Shown piece after piece: positions 8,386 through 18,487 of a DNA stretch of 64,000 bases. Each line of letters begins with the position of its first letter. The first letter of the stretch is position 1. Under the pieces are notes generated by a model. That model was not told the DNA's origin. It saw nothing but the letters and a program-made list of their open reading frames with translations, and ran no database searches. The translations under genes and the position numbers were made by a program. The DNA is taken from contig JAKPOU010000020.1 of assembly GCA_029547705.1 (NCBI GenBank), forward strand, positions 26,351 to 90,350. Reading direction: 5' to 3'. Origin of the DNA: Bacteroidota bacterium (GTDB lineage: Bacteria > Bacteroidota > Bacteroidia > Bacteroidales > VadinHA17).

Positions 8386-11202
8386 TTATTCAAGCTCCTC
8401 CTTTAGATATCTTCCCGTGTAGCTGTCATCACATTTGACCAGTTCCTCCGGCGGACCCGAAAAAACCAGATTACCCCCTTCCCTGCCTCCTTCCCTGCCC
8501 AGATCAATAATGTAATCAGCCATCTTGATCACATCCATGTTATGTTCAATAATAATAACCGTATTCCCCTTGTCAACGAGCCTGTTGAGAACATCCAGCA
8601 AAACCCTCACATCTTCAAAATGCAGGCCGGTGGTCGGTTCGTCAAGGATATACAGCGTCTTTCCTGTATCCCTCCTTGAGAGTTCGGCTGAAAGTTTCAC
8701 CCTCTGGGCCTCCCCGCCGGAAAGAGTGGTGGACTGCTGACCGAGGGTGATATATCCGAGACCGACATCCTGAAGTGTTTTTATCTTATTGTAAATCGAA
8801 GGAACATTGGCAAAAAACTCCACCGCCATGTTAACAGTCATATCCAGGACATCCCCTATGGATTTCCCCTTATACCTGACCTCCAGGGTCTCCCGGTTGT
8901 ATCTCTTGCCGTTGCAGTCAACACAGGGAACATATACATCGGGCAGAAAATTCATTTCAATCGTTTTCACACCGGCACCCTGACAGCCTTCACATCTTCC
9001 CCCGCTTACATTGAAGGAAAAACGTCCGGCACTGAAGCCCCTTATCCTGGCTTCGGTAGTCTGCTCAAACAGCTTGCGGATGTCGGTGAAAACCCCGGTA
9101 TAGGTGGCAGGATTGGATCTTGGAGTCCGTCCGATGGGAGACTGGTTTACTTCAATAACCTTGTCCAGGTATTCAGTTCCGCTTATCTCCCGGTAGGGCA
9201 GTGATCTTTTCCCGGAGTGATGGTATTTTCCGGCCAGAACAGGATGAAGAGTCTGATTTATGAGGGATGATTTGCCGCTGCCTGAAACACCGGTTACACA
9301 GACAAGGACTCCAAGGGGAATCCGCACATCCAGATTGTTCAGGTTATGGCCCGAAGCTCCCCTGATTACAAGCGACCTGCCATTGCCTGTCCGCCTCGAT
9401 CCGGGTATTTCCAGTCTTTTCCGGTTGCTCAGGAAACCTGCTGTCAGTGAATTGAACCGTGCAATCTCACCGGGACTTCCTTCGGCAATGACTATCCCCC
9501 CGTGGACGCCGGCCCCCGGACCCATGTCAATCACATGATCTGCCGACAGGATGGTTTCCCGGTCATGTTCAACAACTATCACGGAATTGCCGGCATCCCT
9601 CAGCTGCCTGAGCGAAGCTATCAGCCGCCTGTTATCCCTCTGATGAAGCCCTATGCTGGGCTCATCCAGAATATACAGCACATTCACGAGCTTTGAGCCT
9701 ATCTGGGTAGCCAGCCTTATTCTCTGGCTCTCGCCGCCCGACAGTGTTCTGGCTCCGCGGTTCAGCGACAGATAATCAAGACCCACATCAACAAGAAAAC
9801 CAACCCTTGCCCTTATTTCCTTCAGTATTTCAGATGCTATCCGCTTCTGGCGCTTTGTCAGCTTCTCATCCAGATGAAGAAGAAAATCCGAAAGCTCACG
9901 TATGTCCATGGCCGCCAGTTCACCGATATTCCTGCCGGCAATCCTGAAATACAGGGCCTCTTTTTTCAGTCTGCTGCCATTGCACTCCGGACAGGTCTCG
10001 TACTGCACATACTGATCCCTGAGCCTTGCCCCGTTACGCTTTTCATCAACAGCTTCAAGATTCCCGATAAAATTGACAACGCCTTCAAAAGTCAGCGTAT
10101 ATTGTGAAGTCATTCCGAGAGGAGTATTCGAAAGCCTCAGTACCTCATCCGATCCGTAAAGTATCTTCCTGAGGGCATCCTCCGGAATATCCCCTATGGG
10201 AGTGTCAAGTGTAAACCCGTTCTTTTCTGCAATTGCCTCAATCTGCCAGAATATCCATACATTCCTGTATTTGCCGAGAGGTCTGATCCCTCCCTTCCTT
10301 ATACTTAAACTTCTGTCGGGAATCAGTTTGTCTTCATCTATGCTCGATATTTCACCCAGACCATTGCAATGAGGACAGGCCCCCTGGGGGGAGTTGAAGG
10401 AAAAGGTATGGGGCGCCGGTTCATTGTAGGAAAGGCCGCTTACGGGATCCATCAGATGACGGCTGAAATACCGCGGTTCACTGCTGCTGCTGCCAAGTAC
10501 CATCATCACCCCCTCTCCCTGGTCAAGGGCAGTCTGAACGGAATCCCGAAGACGTTTGTCCGTAACCTCTCCGATCATGAACTTGTCAATCACTATCTCA
10601 ATAAAATGAACCTTGTAGCGGTCCAGCTTCATCCCGTAAGTGATCTCCCTTATCTCATCGTTTACGCGTACACTCAGATAACCCTTTCTCCTTATCTGCT
10701 CAAAAAGCTCCCGGTAATGGCCCTTGCGCCCCTTAACGACAGGTGCCAGCAGATATACCTTTTCACCTGCAAATCTCTCCTTAAGCAGATCTGTGATCTG
10801 TTCATCGGTGTATCTGACCATCTTTTCACCCGATACCCAGGAATATGCATCCGCTGCCCTGGCATACAGGAGCCTCAGAAAATCATATATCTCGGTAATG
10901 GTGCCTACTGTCGATCTCGGATTCTTGTTGGTGCTCTTCTGCTCAATTGAAATGACAGGACTCAGGCCGCTTATCTTGTCAACGTCGGGCCTTTCCATGC
11001 CGCCCAGAAACTGCCGGGCATATACCGACAGGGTTTCCATGTAGCGGCGCTGGCCCTCGGCATAGATAGTATCAAAGGCAAGAGACGACTTGCCGCTGCC
11101 GCTCAGACCGGTTATCACAACCAGCTTGTTCCGCGGTATGGTGACATCTATATCCTTCAGGTTATGAACCCTGGCTCCAAGTACTCTGATCTCGTCTCCC
11201 AT
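8386..11202 (-). CDS. uvrA: Excinuclease ABC subunit A
   Basis: Two ABC modules (GLSGSGKSS, GVSGSGKSS; LSGGE), CxxC zinc fingers; likely start MGDEIRV at 11202. Confidence 0.98.
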   Translation of the reverse strand: MGDEIRVLGARVHNLKDIDVTIPRNKLVVITGLSGSGKSSLAFDTIYAEGQRRYMETLSVYARQFLGGMERPDVDKISGLSPVISIEQKSTNKNPRSTVGTITEIYDFLRLLYARAADAYSWVSGEKMVRYTDEQITDLLKERFAGEKVYLLAPVVKGRKGHYRELFEQIRRKGYLSVRVNDEIREITYGMKLDRYKVHFIEIVIDKFMIGEVTDKRLRDSVQTALDQGEGVMMVLGSSSSEPRYFSRHLMDPVSGLSYNEPAPHTFSFNSPQGACPHCNGLGEISSIDEDKLIPDRSLSIRKGGIRPLGKYRNVWIFWQIEAIAEKNGFTLDTPIGDIPEDALRKILYGSDEVLRLSNTPLGMTSQYTLTFEGVVNFIGNLEAVDEKRNGARLRDQYVQYETCPECNGSRLKKEALYFRIAGRNIGELAAMDIRELSDFLLHLDEKLTKRQKRIASEILKEIRARVGFLVDVGLDYLSLNRGARTLSGGESQRIRLATQIGSKLVNVLYILDEPSIGLHQRDNRRLIASLRQLRDAGNSVIVVEHDRETILSADHVIDMGPGAGVHGGIVIAEGSPGEIARFNSLTAGFLSNRKRLEIPGSRRTGNGRSLVIRGASGHNLNNLDVRIPLGVLVCVTGVSGSGKSSLINQTLHPVLAGKYHHSGKRSLPYREISGTEYLDKVIEVNQSPIGRTPRSNPATYTGVFTDIRKLFEQTTEARIRGFSAGRFSFNVSGGRCEGCQGAGVKTIEMNFLPDVYVPCVDCNGKRYNRETLEVRYKGKSIGDVLDMTVNMAVEFFANVPSIYNKIKTLQDVGLGYITLGQQSTTLSGGEAQRVKLSAELSRRDTGKTLYILDEPTTGLHFEDVRVLLDVLNRLVDKGNTVIIIEHNMDVIKMADYIIDLGREGGREGGNLVFSGPPEELVKCDDSYTGRYLKEELE

Positions 11203-11203
11203 C

Positions 11204-12181
11204 TTACTGACTGTCGTAATATATTCTGCTGAAGGATTCAATACTTTCAGGATTTCTCATGCCCTCGGCCGGAATCTTGATAAGATAGGTCTTCCCCTGT
11301 CGCGGGTTGAGATAGGGCTGCCTTAACCAGGGATTGAGGAATTTGAGAAGCTTGTAATTCGTTCCGTAACTGGCAGCAAAATCCGAAAAATCAGCTATTT
11401 CACCCTTAACCTCCACCTCATGGTACTTAAGTTCCGGATAAAGCTCATCCTCCTCAATATCAAAACCGTAAGCAGACGGGTCGACAATGATGAGCTTATA
11501 GGCCACAACCCTGAAAATATACCTGGCAGTCTCTTCGGTTAACAGTAAATCATAATAATTGTTCTTCTTTTGAATGGAAATCTGTGTGTCAAGACCTGAC
11601 CTGCCACAGTTATAGGAAGCTGCTGCCATTGTCCAGCTGCCGTATTTCTCATAGGATTTCCTGATAAAATCGCATGCCAGCTGTGTGGATTTTTCAAGAT
11701 GATACCTCTCATCCACCACATTGTTGATCTCCAGCCCGTGCTCCCTTCCCGTTGACTGCATTATCTGCCAGAAACCTGTTGCGCCCGCCGGTGATATCAT
11801 GTTACTGTATTCACTCTCTGCAGCCACCAGGAACTTGAAATCATCAGGAATACCGTTCTTTTTCAGTATAGGCTCGATAACCGGAAGATAACGATTGGCC
11901 CTCTTTATGATGAGTATGGTTGAGGAATGACGGTAGGCGCTGACAAGAATTTCACGTTCAAGACTTTCTTTTGTGTCGAAATTCTCAAGGGGCATCCTTT
12001 CCCCTGCAAAGGCCACCTCATCAGGTAACCTGAAAGGCCTGTTGAAATAAGCGGAATCCATGGTCCCTCCCGTGGCAGTACTGCCGAAACCCTTGAATCC
12101 GTTCAGTGTCGTGAACAGAAGCAATGACAATGTCATGACAATTGTTGCAATGATGGCAATATTTCTTCGCGGAAGATCCAT
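11204..12181 (-). CDS. Lytic transglycosylase (SLT/MltD-like)
   Basis: AESE, SPAGATGFWQIM, AAASYNCG motifs; N-terminal membrane anchor; ATG at 12181 lies downstream of a -7 box. Confidence 0.9.
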   Translation of the reverse strand: MDLPRRNIAIIATIVMTLSLLLFTTLNGFKGFGSTATGGTMDSAYFNRPFRLPDEVAFAGERMPLENFDTKESLEREILVSAYRHSSTILIIKRANRYLPVIEPILKKNGIPDDFKFLVAAESEYSNMISPAGATGFWQIMQSTGREHGLEINNVVDERYHLEKSTQLACDFIRKSYEKYGSWTMAAASYNCGRSGLDTQISIQKKNNYYDLLLTEETARYIFRVVAYKLIIVDPSAYGFDIEEDELYPELKYHEVEVKGEIADFSDFAASYGTNYKLLKFLNPWLRQPYLNPRQGKTYLIKIPAEGMRNPESIESFSRIYYDSQ

Positions 12182-12206
12182 AATGTCCTGTATTAAAAAC
12201 AAAGTG

Positions 12207-12214
12207 CAAAGGTA
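12207..12214 (-). promoter_or_regulatory. -7 promoter box of the lytic transglycosylase-uvrA unit
   Basis: TACCTTTG on minus strand. Confidence 0.6.
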
Positions 12215-12285
12215 CAACTTTTCAGCTTGATAAAAATATCTCCCTGTGCCGGAAGTGTTCAGATAAAGGGAAAATTGTTCCGGAA

Positions 12286-13617
12286 TCAGAACCTGTATGA
12301 AATACCTGAAAATATGCCGAATGAATATGGATGAACCTTCAGTGCGGGTGTCTGGCTGAAAGGATTGAGATAATATCTGAAAACAGGTTCAAGATTCAGG
12401 GAAAGATTGCCGGGGAAGTTATACTCCATCCCCATACCCAGGGAACTGCTGAATGTGAGCATGCTCATTCCCTCGGTCCGGCCCACCTGGTACCTGCCTC
12501 CGTCAATAGCGGCATATACTGAGTTGTTAATGAGAATATTTGAGGACAAGCCTCCTATAAGGTTAAAATCAAGTGCCCTGCCCAGCAGCTTATATCTTAT
12601 AATCAAAGGCAGTTCAAGATAGCTGAAGTTCTGCCGCAGGGAATTATCGACATAAACGAGATTTGCCTTTGAAGGATCAAAATAGTCTTTTGTGTATCTG
12701 GTAACAATCCTGTTTTCGTTCCGGGTGTCAAGGAGGAAAACATCAGAATTGTTTGTATAGATCATTCCCCTGGTGGTCATGACCCCGAAATTGCGGTTTC
12801 CCTTTGCATAATCATACGGCTGAAAACCCGCGAAGGATGTGATTCCCGCCAGCTCCTGGCCGAATGATGAAAAATAAAGGCCTGACTGGACACTTACCCT
12901 TTTGCTTACCCTGTAAGCAAGGGCCAGACCTCCTGAATATGAGAATCCGGGCTGTTCGTCAGTCATAAGGCGTGAGACGAATTCATCATTGCCGGAATAG
13001 AAACTTGTGTAATAGGTAGGGGAAACAAGGGCTGATATTCTCCATTTGCCCGTTTTCTTTCCGCTCTCTGATGCGTCTGGAAAATAGAAGGGTTCCGCAT
13101 CCGCGGCAGCAATTTCCACCCTGTCTGAACGGAACAGTTCACGCAGACTGAAATCCTTCCGGCCATGGCGGGCCGGGAAAACCACACCGGATGCCGTCTG
13201 GCTTGTTTCAACAGGCTGTATTATCAGATTGTCATCAGCTGCGCCGGGAATCACTTCCATTTCCCCCGGAACGTCACTGTCTGCCTCTGCAATTATCTGC
13301 CTTTCAGGAGGGACATTTTTTTCAGCTACAACCTGTACTTCACCCGGAGCTATGACAAGTGCCGGAGGTATCCCCTCCGGCAGACCGGAAATAACAGTCT
13401 GCTCAGGCATAGTGATACGAGTGCTCAGCCTGTAGGCCAGAAAGGCGACGGACAAGAGAACGGCTGCTGAAGCTGCGGCCCTGAGAATGATAAGGGGCCT
13501 CTGCCTTGCCCTTATGGCAGGCCTGATATTATTCCAGGCTTCCGGCGGGGGCAGAACCTCATAATTTTTCAGGCCGTTCCTGAAAACAAGATCAATATTT
13601 GTTCTGGTTTCATCCAT
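12286..13617 (-). CDS. Putative dual-membrane-spanning anti-sigma factor (N-terminal anti-sigma segment, TM helix, linker, C-terminal OM beta-barrel)
   Basis: IDLVFRNGLKNYEVLPPPEAWNNI N-terminus, TM RAAASAAVLLSVAFLAY, amphipathic strands (YLELPLIIRY) ending GISYRF; overlaps the ECF sigma gene by 8 nt. Confidence 0.75.
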   Translation of the reverse strand: MDETRTNIDLVFRNGLKNYEVLPPPEAWNNIRPAIRARQRPLIILRAAASAAVLLSVAFLAYRLSTRITMPEQTVISGLPEGIPPALVIAPGEVQVVAEKNVPPERQIIAEADSDVPGEMEVIPGAADDNLIIQPVETSQTASGVVFPARHGRKDFSLRELFRSDRVEIAAADAEPFYFPDASESGKKTGKWRISALVSPTYYTSFYSGNDEFVSRLMTDEQPGFSYSGGLALAYRVSKRVSVQSGLYFSSFGQELAGITSFAGFQPYDYAKGNRNFGVMTTRGMIYTNNSDVFLLDTRNENRIVTRYTKDYFDPSKANLVYVDNSLRQNFSYLELPLIIRYKLLGRALDFNLIGGLSSNILINNSVYAAIDGGRYQVGRTEGMSMLTFSSSLGMGMEYNFPGNLSLNLEPVFRYYLNPFSQTPALKVHPYSFGIFSGISYRF

Positions 13618-14188
13618 TCAGTACCTTTTTCTTTATCCCGGTATAGGCCTCAACCCTGCGCTGAAGTATCATCCGTGCACGGGCAAGATTGGATTTTGAC
13701 GTCCCTTCCGAAATGTTGATCATCCGGCTTATTTCCCTGTGTGAATAGCCTTCAAGTGCAAAGAGGTTGAAAACCATCCTGTACTTGGGGGGCAGCATCC
13801 TGATGATCTCCATCAGATCACCTGCGTCAAGTCCGGAATAATCCTCATTGTCAGGATCAACAAAGGGCTCCGGGATCATGTCAATATCTTCAACCATGTA
13901 AAGCCTGTTCCTGCTTCTGTATTTCTCAAGTGCGGTATTGACAATGATTCTCCGCATCCAGCCTTCAAAAGAACCTTCATATTTGAAGTGGGAAAGATTT
14001 GTAAAAATCTTTATAAACCCCTCCTGCAAAATATCCCTTGCTTCTTCATCATTGTCGGAATACTGAAGACAGACGGCATAAAGTGAGGGTGCATAGCGCC
14101 TGTACAGAAGTTCCTGATCCCTTCTGCTTCCTTTCAGACAACCGTTAATGATATTTCTAATCTCAGGCAAGTTATAGTTTCTTGGCAC
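13610..14188 (-). CDS. ECF sigma-70 factor
   Basis: DILQEGFIKIF, GSFEGWMRRI region 2; LPPKYRMVFNLFALEGYSHREIS...GTSKSNLARAR region 4. Confidence 0.95.
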   Translation of the reverse strand: MPRNYNLPEIRNIINGCLKGSRRDQELLYRRYAPSLYAVCLQYSDNDEEARDILQEGFIKIFTNLSHFKYEGSFEGWMRRIIVNTALEKYRSRNRLYMVEDIDMIPEPFVDPDNEDYSGLDAGDLMEIIRMLPPKYRMVFNLFALEGYSHREISRMINISEGTSKSNLARARMILQRRVEAYTGIKKKVLNG

Positions 14189-14243
14189 AGAGTATAAAAA
14201 TATGCAAAATTCTGCCTGAAAGCCAATATTCTTCCTTAAAACT

Positions 14244-14269
14244 GATGCTGAAAACCGGAAAAAGGTTGC
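14244..14269 (-). promoter_or_regulatory. Candidate ECF-type promoter upstream of the ECF gene
   Basis: Minus strand GCAACC-N15-GCATC, resembling the ECF -35 'AAC' / -10 layout. Confidence 0.55.
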
Positions 14270-14314
14270 GTTGGCTCTGTTCTTTTTGCCTCTCCTGTTA
14301 CAATGAACAGGAAA

Positions 14315-15706
14315 TCAGATATGTATAACTTCTCCGTATGCGGCTGCCGCAGCTTCCATGATGGCCTCCGACATAGTCGGATGAGGATGGACAGATTTCA
14401 TTATCTCATGAGCCGTGCTTTCAAGCTTCCTTGCAATAACAAGTCCGGAAATCATTTCCGTTACATTGGCTCCTATCATGTGTGCTCCGAGAAGTTCACC
14501 ATACGAGGCATCGAAAATCAGTTTCACGAAACCATCCCTGCTGCCTGCTGCACTGGCCTTGCCTGAAGCCGTAAAAGGAAATTTGCCAACCTTTATTTCA
14601 TATCCGGCAGCCCTGGCAGCTTCTTCAGTGTAACCCACCGATGCAATTTCAGGACTGGTATATGTGCAGGAAGGTATATTGCCGTAATCAAGCGCTTCGA
14701 CATCCAGGCCGGCTATCTTTTCCGCACAGATTATTCCCTCAGCCGATGCCACATGTGCCAGTGCCGGCCCGTGAACAATATCCCCGATGGCATATACCCC
14801 TTCCACAGAGGTCCTGTACCATTCATCCACAACAACCTTGTCCCTTTCAATCCTTACTCCCGCCTCCTCAAGTCCCAGTCCTTCAATATTTGTTGTCACC
14901 CCAACGGCGGAAAGAACAATATCGGCTTCAACCGTTTCGGTTCCCTTCGGGGTTTTTATTGTCACAACACATTTTTCCCCCGATGTATCTGCAGATTCCA
15001 CAGATGATCCGGTCATTATTTTCATTTTCATCTTCTTGAAGGAACGTTCCAGCTGTCTGGACACTTCCTCATCCTCATTGGGAACCAGCCGCGGAAGAAA
15101 TTCCACCAGGGTCACGGCAGTTCCGACAGACTGGTAGAAATTAGCGAATTCACTTCCTATTGCACCCGAGCCGACAACCACCATCGATTCCGGCTGAACG
15201 GGCAGGCTCATGGCCTCACGGTAACCAATAACCTTCTTTCCGTCCTGCTTCAGTCCGGGCAGTTCCCTTGACCTTGCCCCGGTTGCCAGGATGATGTGCC
15301 CGGCACTTTTTATGGTTTTGTTTCCTTCACCATCATCAATCTCAACACTGTTGGCACCGGCCAGCCGCCCCTTCCCCCTGATAAGGGTAATATTGTTTTT
15401 TCTGAAAAGGAACTGAACCCCCTTGCTCATTCCTTCCGCAACACTCCGGCTGCGGGCAATGATTGCGCTAAAATCAGCCTTCAGCTCTCCGGCAACTGAA
15501 ATGCCATATTCAGATGCATGCTTCAGGTCGTCAAATACCTGCGCACTCCTCAGGAGTGATTTCGTCGGGATGCAACCCCAGTTGAGGCAGACTCCTCCGA
15601 TATCTGCTTTTTCAACAACAGCTACCTTCATCTTCAGCTGCGATGCCCTGATTGCAGCTACGTACCCTCCGGGGCCGCTTCCGATTATTATTATGTCATA
15701 ATCCAT
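14315..15706 (-). CDS. lpdA: Dihydrolipoyl dehydrogenase
   Basis: GSGPGG FAD motif, GGVCLNWGCIPTK disulfide, HPHPTMSE. Confidence 0.97.
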   Translation of the reverse strand: MDYDIIIIGSGPGGYVAAIRASQLKMKVAVVEKADIGGVCLNWGCIPTKSLLRSAQVFDDLKHASEYGISVAGELKADFSAIIARSRSVAEGMSKGVQFLFRKNNITLIRGKGRLAGANSVEIDDGEGNKTIKSAGHIILATGARSRELPGLKQDGKKVIGYREAMSLPVQPESMVVVGSGAIGSEFANFYQSVGTAVTLVEFLPRLVPNEDEEVSRQLERSFKKMKMKIMTGSSVESADTSGEKCVVTIKTPKGTETVEADIVLSAVGVTTNIEGLGLEEAGVRIERDKVVVDEWYRTSVEGVYAIGDIVHGPALAHVASAEGIICAEKIAGLDVEALDYGNIPSCTYTSPEIASVGYTEEAARAAGYEIKVGKFPFTASGKASAAGSRDGFVKLIFDASYGELLGAHMIGANVTEMISGLVIARKLESTAHEIMKSVHPHPTMSEAIMEAAAAAYGEVIHI

Positions 15707-15739
15707 TTTTTTCCAGATTAAATTTGTTTATATTTTTTT

Positions 15740-16588
15740 CTATTGCTTCCGATCGCAGTCCGGGTTTAAGTTGCTGAATCCGGATAACATAAGCATGGTG
15801 ATACCCTTTGCAATAATCCACATTATCACCAGGGTGAATATTATTGTAGCCCCCACCGGAATGCCGGCGAAATATGAAATGACGTATCCGGAAGCAGTTC
15901 CGGCAAATCCGGTGAGAATGGAAACAAGGATTATAAGCGAATACTTCCGGGTAAACAACATTGCAATATTCGGCGGCAGGGTAAGAAGTGAAAGCACAAG
16001 GATCACCCCGGCCATCCTGATGTTAAGTACGATGGTGAGTGCAATTAGCGATGTGGTGACATATTTGAATGCATCAACACCCGATGAGTAGGTACGTGCA
16101 AAGGATTCATCGAAGGATGTGTACAGTATTGTCCGGTAAAATACTCCGAAATAGATGAAGAATATCACCGACATTATTCCCAGTGCAATTATATCGGCAT
16201 TGGTTACGGTAAGAATGCTTCCGAAAAGATAACTCATCAGATTCGGCGAATAGCCCGGTGTAAGATAAATGAAGATTATGCCCGTAGCCATTCCGAATGC
16301 CCACAGGATACCAATGGCGGAATCTTCCCTTATCCTGTGGTTAATGGAAAGATATTCAATTCCCAGTGCTGAAAGAACTCCGAATACCGCTGCTCCTGCA
16401 ACAGGATTGATCCCGGCATAATACCCTATCCCTATCCCTCCGAATGAGGCATGAGTGATTCCCCCGCTGAGAAAAACCATCTTCCTGGTAACAATGTATG
16501 TTCCGGCAAATCCTGCCGTTATGCTTGCAAAAAGCGCTCCCAGCAAACCCTTGACAATAAAATCATATTGAAAAATAGTTCCTTCCAC
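15740..16588 (-). CDS. Zn/Mn ABC transporter permease (ZnuB-like)
   Basis: GITHASFGG, LMSYLFGSIL, multiple TM helices. Confidence 0.92.
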   Translation of the reverse strand: MEGTIFQYDFIVKGLLGALFASITAGFAGTYIVTRKMVFLSGGITHASFGGIGIGYYAGINPVAGAAVFGVLSALGIEYLSINHRIREDSAIGILWAFGMATGIIFIYLTPGYSPNLMSYLFGSILTVTNADIIALGIMSVIFFIYFGVFYRTILYTSFDESFARTYSSGVDAFKYVTTSLIALTIVLNIRMAGVILVLSLLTLPPNIAMLFTRKYSLIILVSILTGFAGTASGYVISYFAGIPVGATIIFTLVIMWIIAKGITMLMLSGFSNLNPDCDRKQ

Positions 16589-17335
16589 TCAGTTATGTGT
16601 TTTAAGTACCGTATGCGGCACATCACCATGAGTAATAAGCTGAATAGGACATCCGTACGCAAGGAGCTGATCATTGCTTATTTCCGAGGAAGGATGGTAG
16701 TGAAGCTTCCTGTTTACACAGGCAAAGGATTTCACATGCGAGGAGATCATTCCTATATCATGCGACACCATGAGTATTGCCATCCTCTTATTCAATTCCT
16801 TCAGTTTTCCGTAAAAATCGCTCTCAAACGAAGAATCGACAAAATTTCCCGGTTCATCCAGAAGTAAAAGCCGGGGATCACCTATTATGGCACGCCCGAG
16901 CAAAACCCGCTGTATCTGTCCTCCTGAAAGTTCACTCAGCGCTTTCCTCTCAAGTCCGGAAAGTCCGAGCTCCTCCGCAATCCGCCCGGCCTTCTTCCTG
17001 TCATCCGCCGACATCCTTGAGAAAATCCTCTTTCTGATCATCATTCCCGAAAGAATGACATCTGTCACATTAACCGGAAAATTCACATCACCGGTTGAAA
17101 TCTGGGGAAGATAACCGATTCTTTCCGAGTCCGGAAGATCCGGATTAAAACGGATCTCCCCGGCAGAAGGCTTCAGCAGTCCAAGAATGATTTTCAGAAG
17201 AGTGGTTTTACCCCCGCCGTTCGGCCCGATCACTCCGATAAAATCATTTTCATCCACACTGAAATCAACCCCTTCAAGCACGGTGTTCGTGTCGTATGAG
17301 GCGGATACAGAATGCATTTCAAAAATAAAAGCCAT
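16589..17335 (-). CDS. Zn/Mn ABC transporter ATPase (ZnuC-like)
   Basis: GPNGGGKTT, LSGGQ, LLLDEP, C-terminal CPIQLITHG..PH. Confidence 0.93.
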   Translation of the reverse strand: MAFIFEMHSVSASYDTNTVLEGVDFSVDENDFIGVIGPNGGGKTTLLKIILGLLKPSAGEIRFNPDLPDSERIGYLPQISTGDVNFPVNVTDVILSGMMIRKRIFSRMSADDRKKAGRIAEELGLSGLERKALSELSGGQIQRVLLGRAIIGDPRLLLLDEPGNFVDSSFESDFYGKLKELNKRMAILMVSHDIGMISSHVKSFACVNRKLHYHPSSEISNDQLLAYGCPIQLITHGDVPHTVLKTHN

Positions 17336-17344
17336 ATGCTCAAC

Positions 17345-18223
17345 TTATTTCCCGCTGCTTGTCAGACTTGTGTATAAGCCGTCAATGATATCCGTTACGG
17401 ATCTGTACCAGTCTTCCGAAAGCGGGTCAATTATCCTGATTTCTCCTCCCGTGCCGGCAGCAATAGCCCTGGCATTCCTGATGTCATATTCCTTCTGTAT
17501 GAATATCGTGTTTATGTTTTCTCTTACCGCCAGATCAATAAGCTCCTTCATGCGTGAGGGGGAAGGTTCCTTCCCCTCAAATTCCACAGCAACCTCTTCC
17601 AGTCCGTAATCCCTTGCAATATAAGCCAGATTGGGATGATAAATCATGAAATGACGGTTTGTCAGATCTGAAAAAAGATCCTCAGCCCTTTTATCAACTT
17701 CTCTGATCTTCCCTGCAAGAGTTTCGTAATTCCTGTTATACTCTTCAGCCGAAGCCGGATTCAGTTCACATACCAGATCCCTGACAACCGCAGCCAGTTC
17801 AAGGGCACATTTCGGAGATACCCAGTAATGGGGATCTGCAGCTTCGGAATGGCTTCTGCCGGCTCCGTGAGAATGGTCCGGAGCTATGGGTGAAATCCTG
17901 TCTCCGGCCATTACCTTCTTCATGTCCTTGTTGATCTCCTCAAATCTTTTCATCCATGCCGACTCGAAGCCGAGAAAACCATTCCCAAGATATGCGGCCG
18001 ACCTGCTCAGACTTCTTATCTGGGCGGGATAAGGCTCATAGATATGGGGATTTGCACCGGGAGGCACCATTATGTTTACGGTGAAATCATCCCCGGCAAT
18101 CTCCCTGATGAAATATTTATACGGGGCAATGGTGACCGTTATCAGCATTTCATCCGGACCTGAAGGACCGCCTCCGCAGGCCCACAGGAAAAAAAACGAA
18201 AAAATTACCAGTGCTTTTCTCAT
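17345..18223 (-). CDS. Zn/Mn ABC transporter substrate-binding lipoprotein (ZnuA-like)
   Basis: Lipobox LWAC, NPHIYEP, His-rich loop DHSHGAGRSHSE, DPHYW, YHPN. Confidence 0.93.
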   Translation of the reverse strand: MRKALVIFSFFFLWACGGGPSGPDEMLITVTIAPYKYFIREIAGDDFTVNIMVPPGANPHIYEPYPAQIRSLSRSAAYLGNGFLGFESAWMKRFEEINKDMKKVMAGDRISPIAPDHSHGAGRSHSEAADPHYWVSPKCALELAAVVRDLVCELNPASAEEYNRNYETLAGKIREVDKRAEDLFSDLTNRHFMIYHPNLAYIARDYGLEEVAVEFEGKEPSPSRMKELIDLAVRENINTIFIQKEYDIRNARAIAAGTGGEIRIIDPLSEDWYRSVTDIIDGLYTSLTSSGK

Positions 18224-18364
18224 CGAACTAACAGCTTCTGCCTCACTGCAAGACTATCATTAATAAACCATTCAGGCCGGTCCCGGCTGTGCCTGCCTGC
18301 AGAATAACCGCAGGATCCGGCGGTTCAGGGCAGTATTCCATCCTGATCCCCATCTGCCTGACTA

Positions 18365-18372
18365 CAAAATTA
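18365..18372 (-). promoter_or_regulatory. -7 promoter box of the metal ABC operon
   Basis: TAATTTTG on minus strand about 140 nt upstream of the start. Confidence 0.5.
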
Positions 18373-18487
18373 ACATATAAGACAATAAAAAGTTTAGGTG
18401 TTGCAATTAAAATAATATGCGTTAATTTTAAGCCTTCCGGATCTCCCGGACTTAGCCGGGGACCATTGATAACTTAAAGACCATAAC

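Noticed and set aside
18243-18353. 36-aa minus-strand uORF in the metal ABC leader
   Set aside because: No His/Cys enrichment or other leader-peptide feature; not supportable as a CDS.
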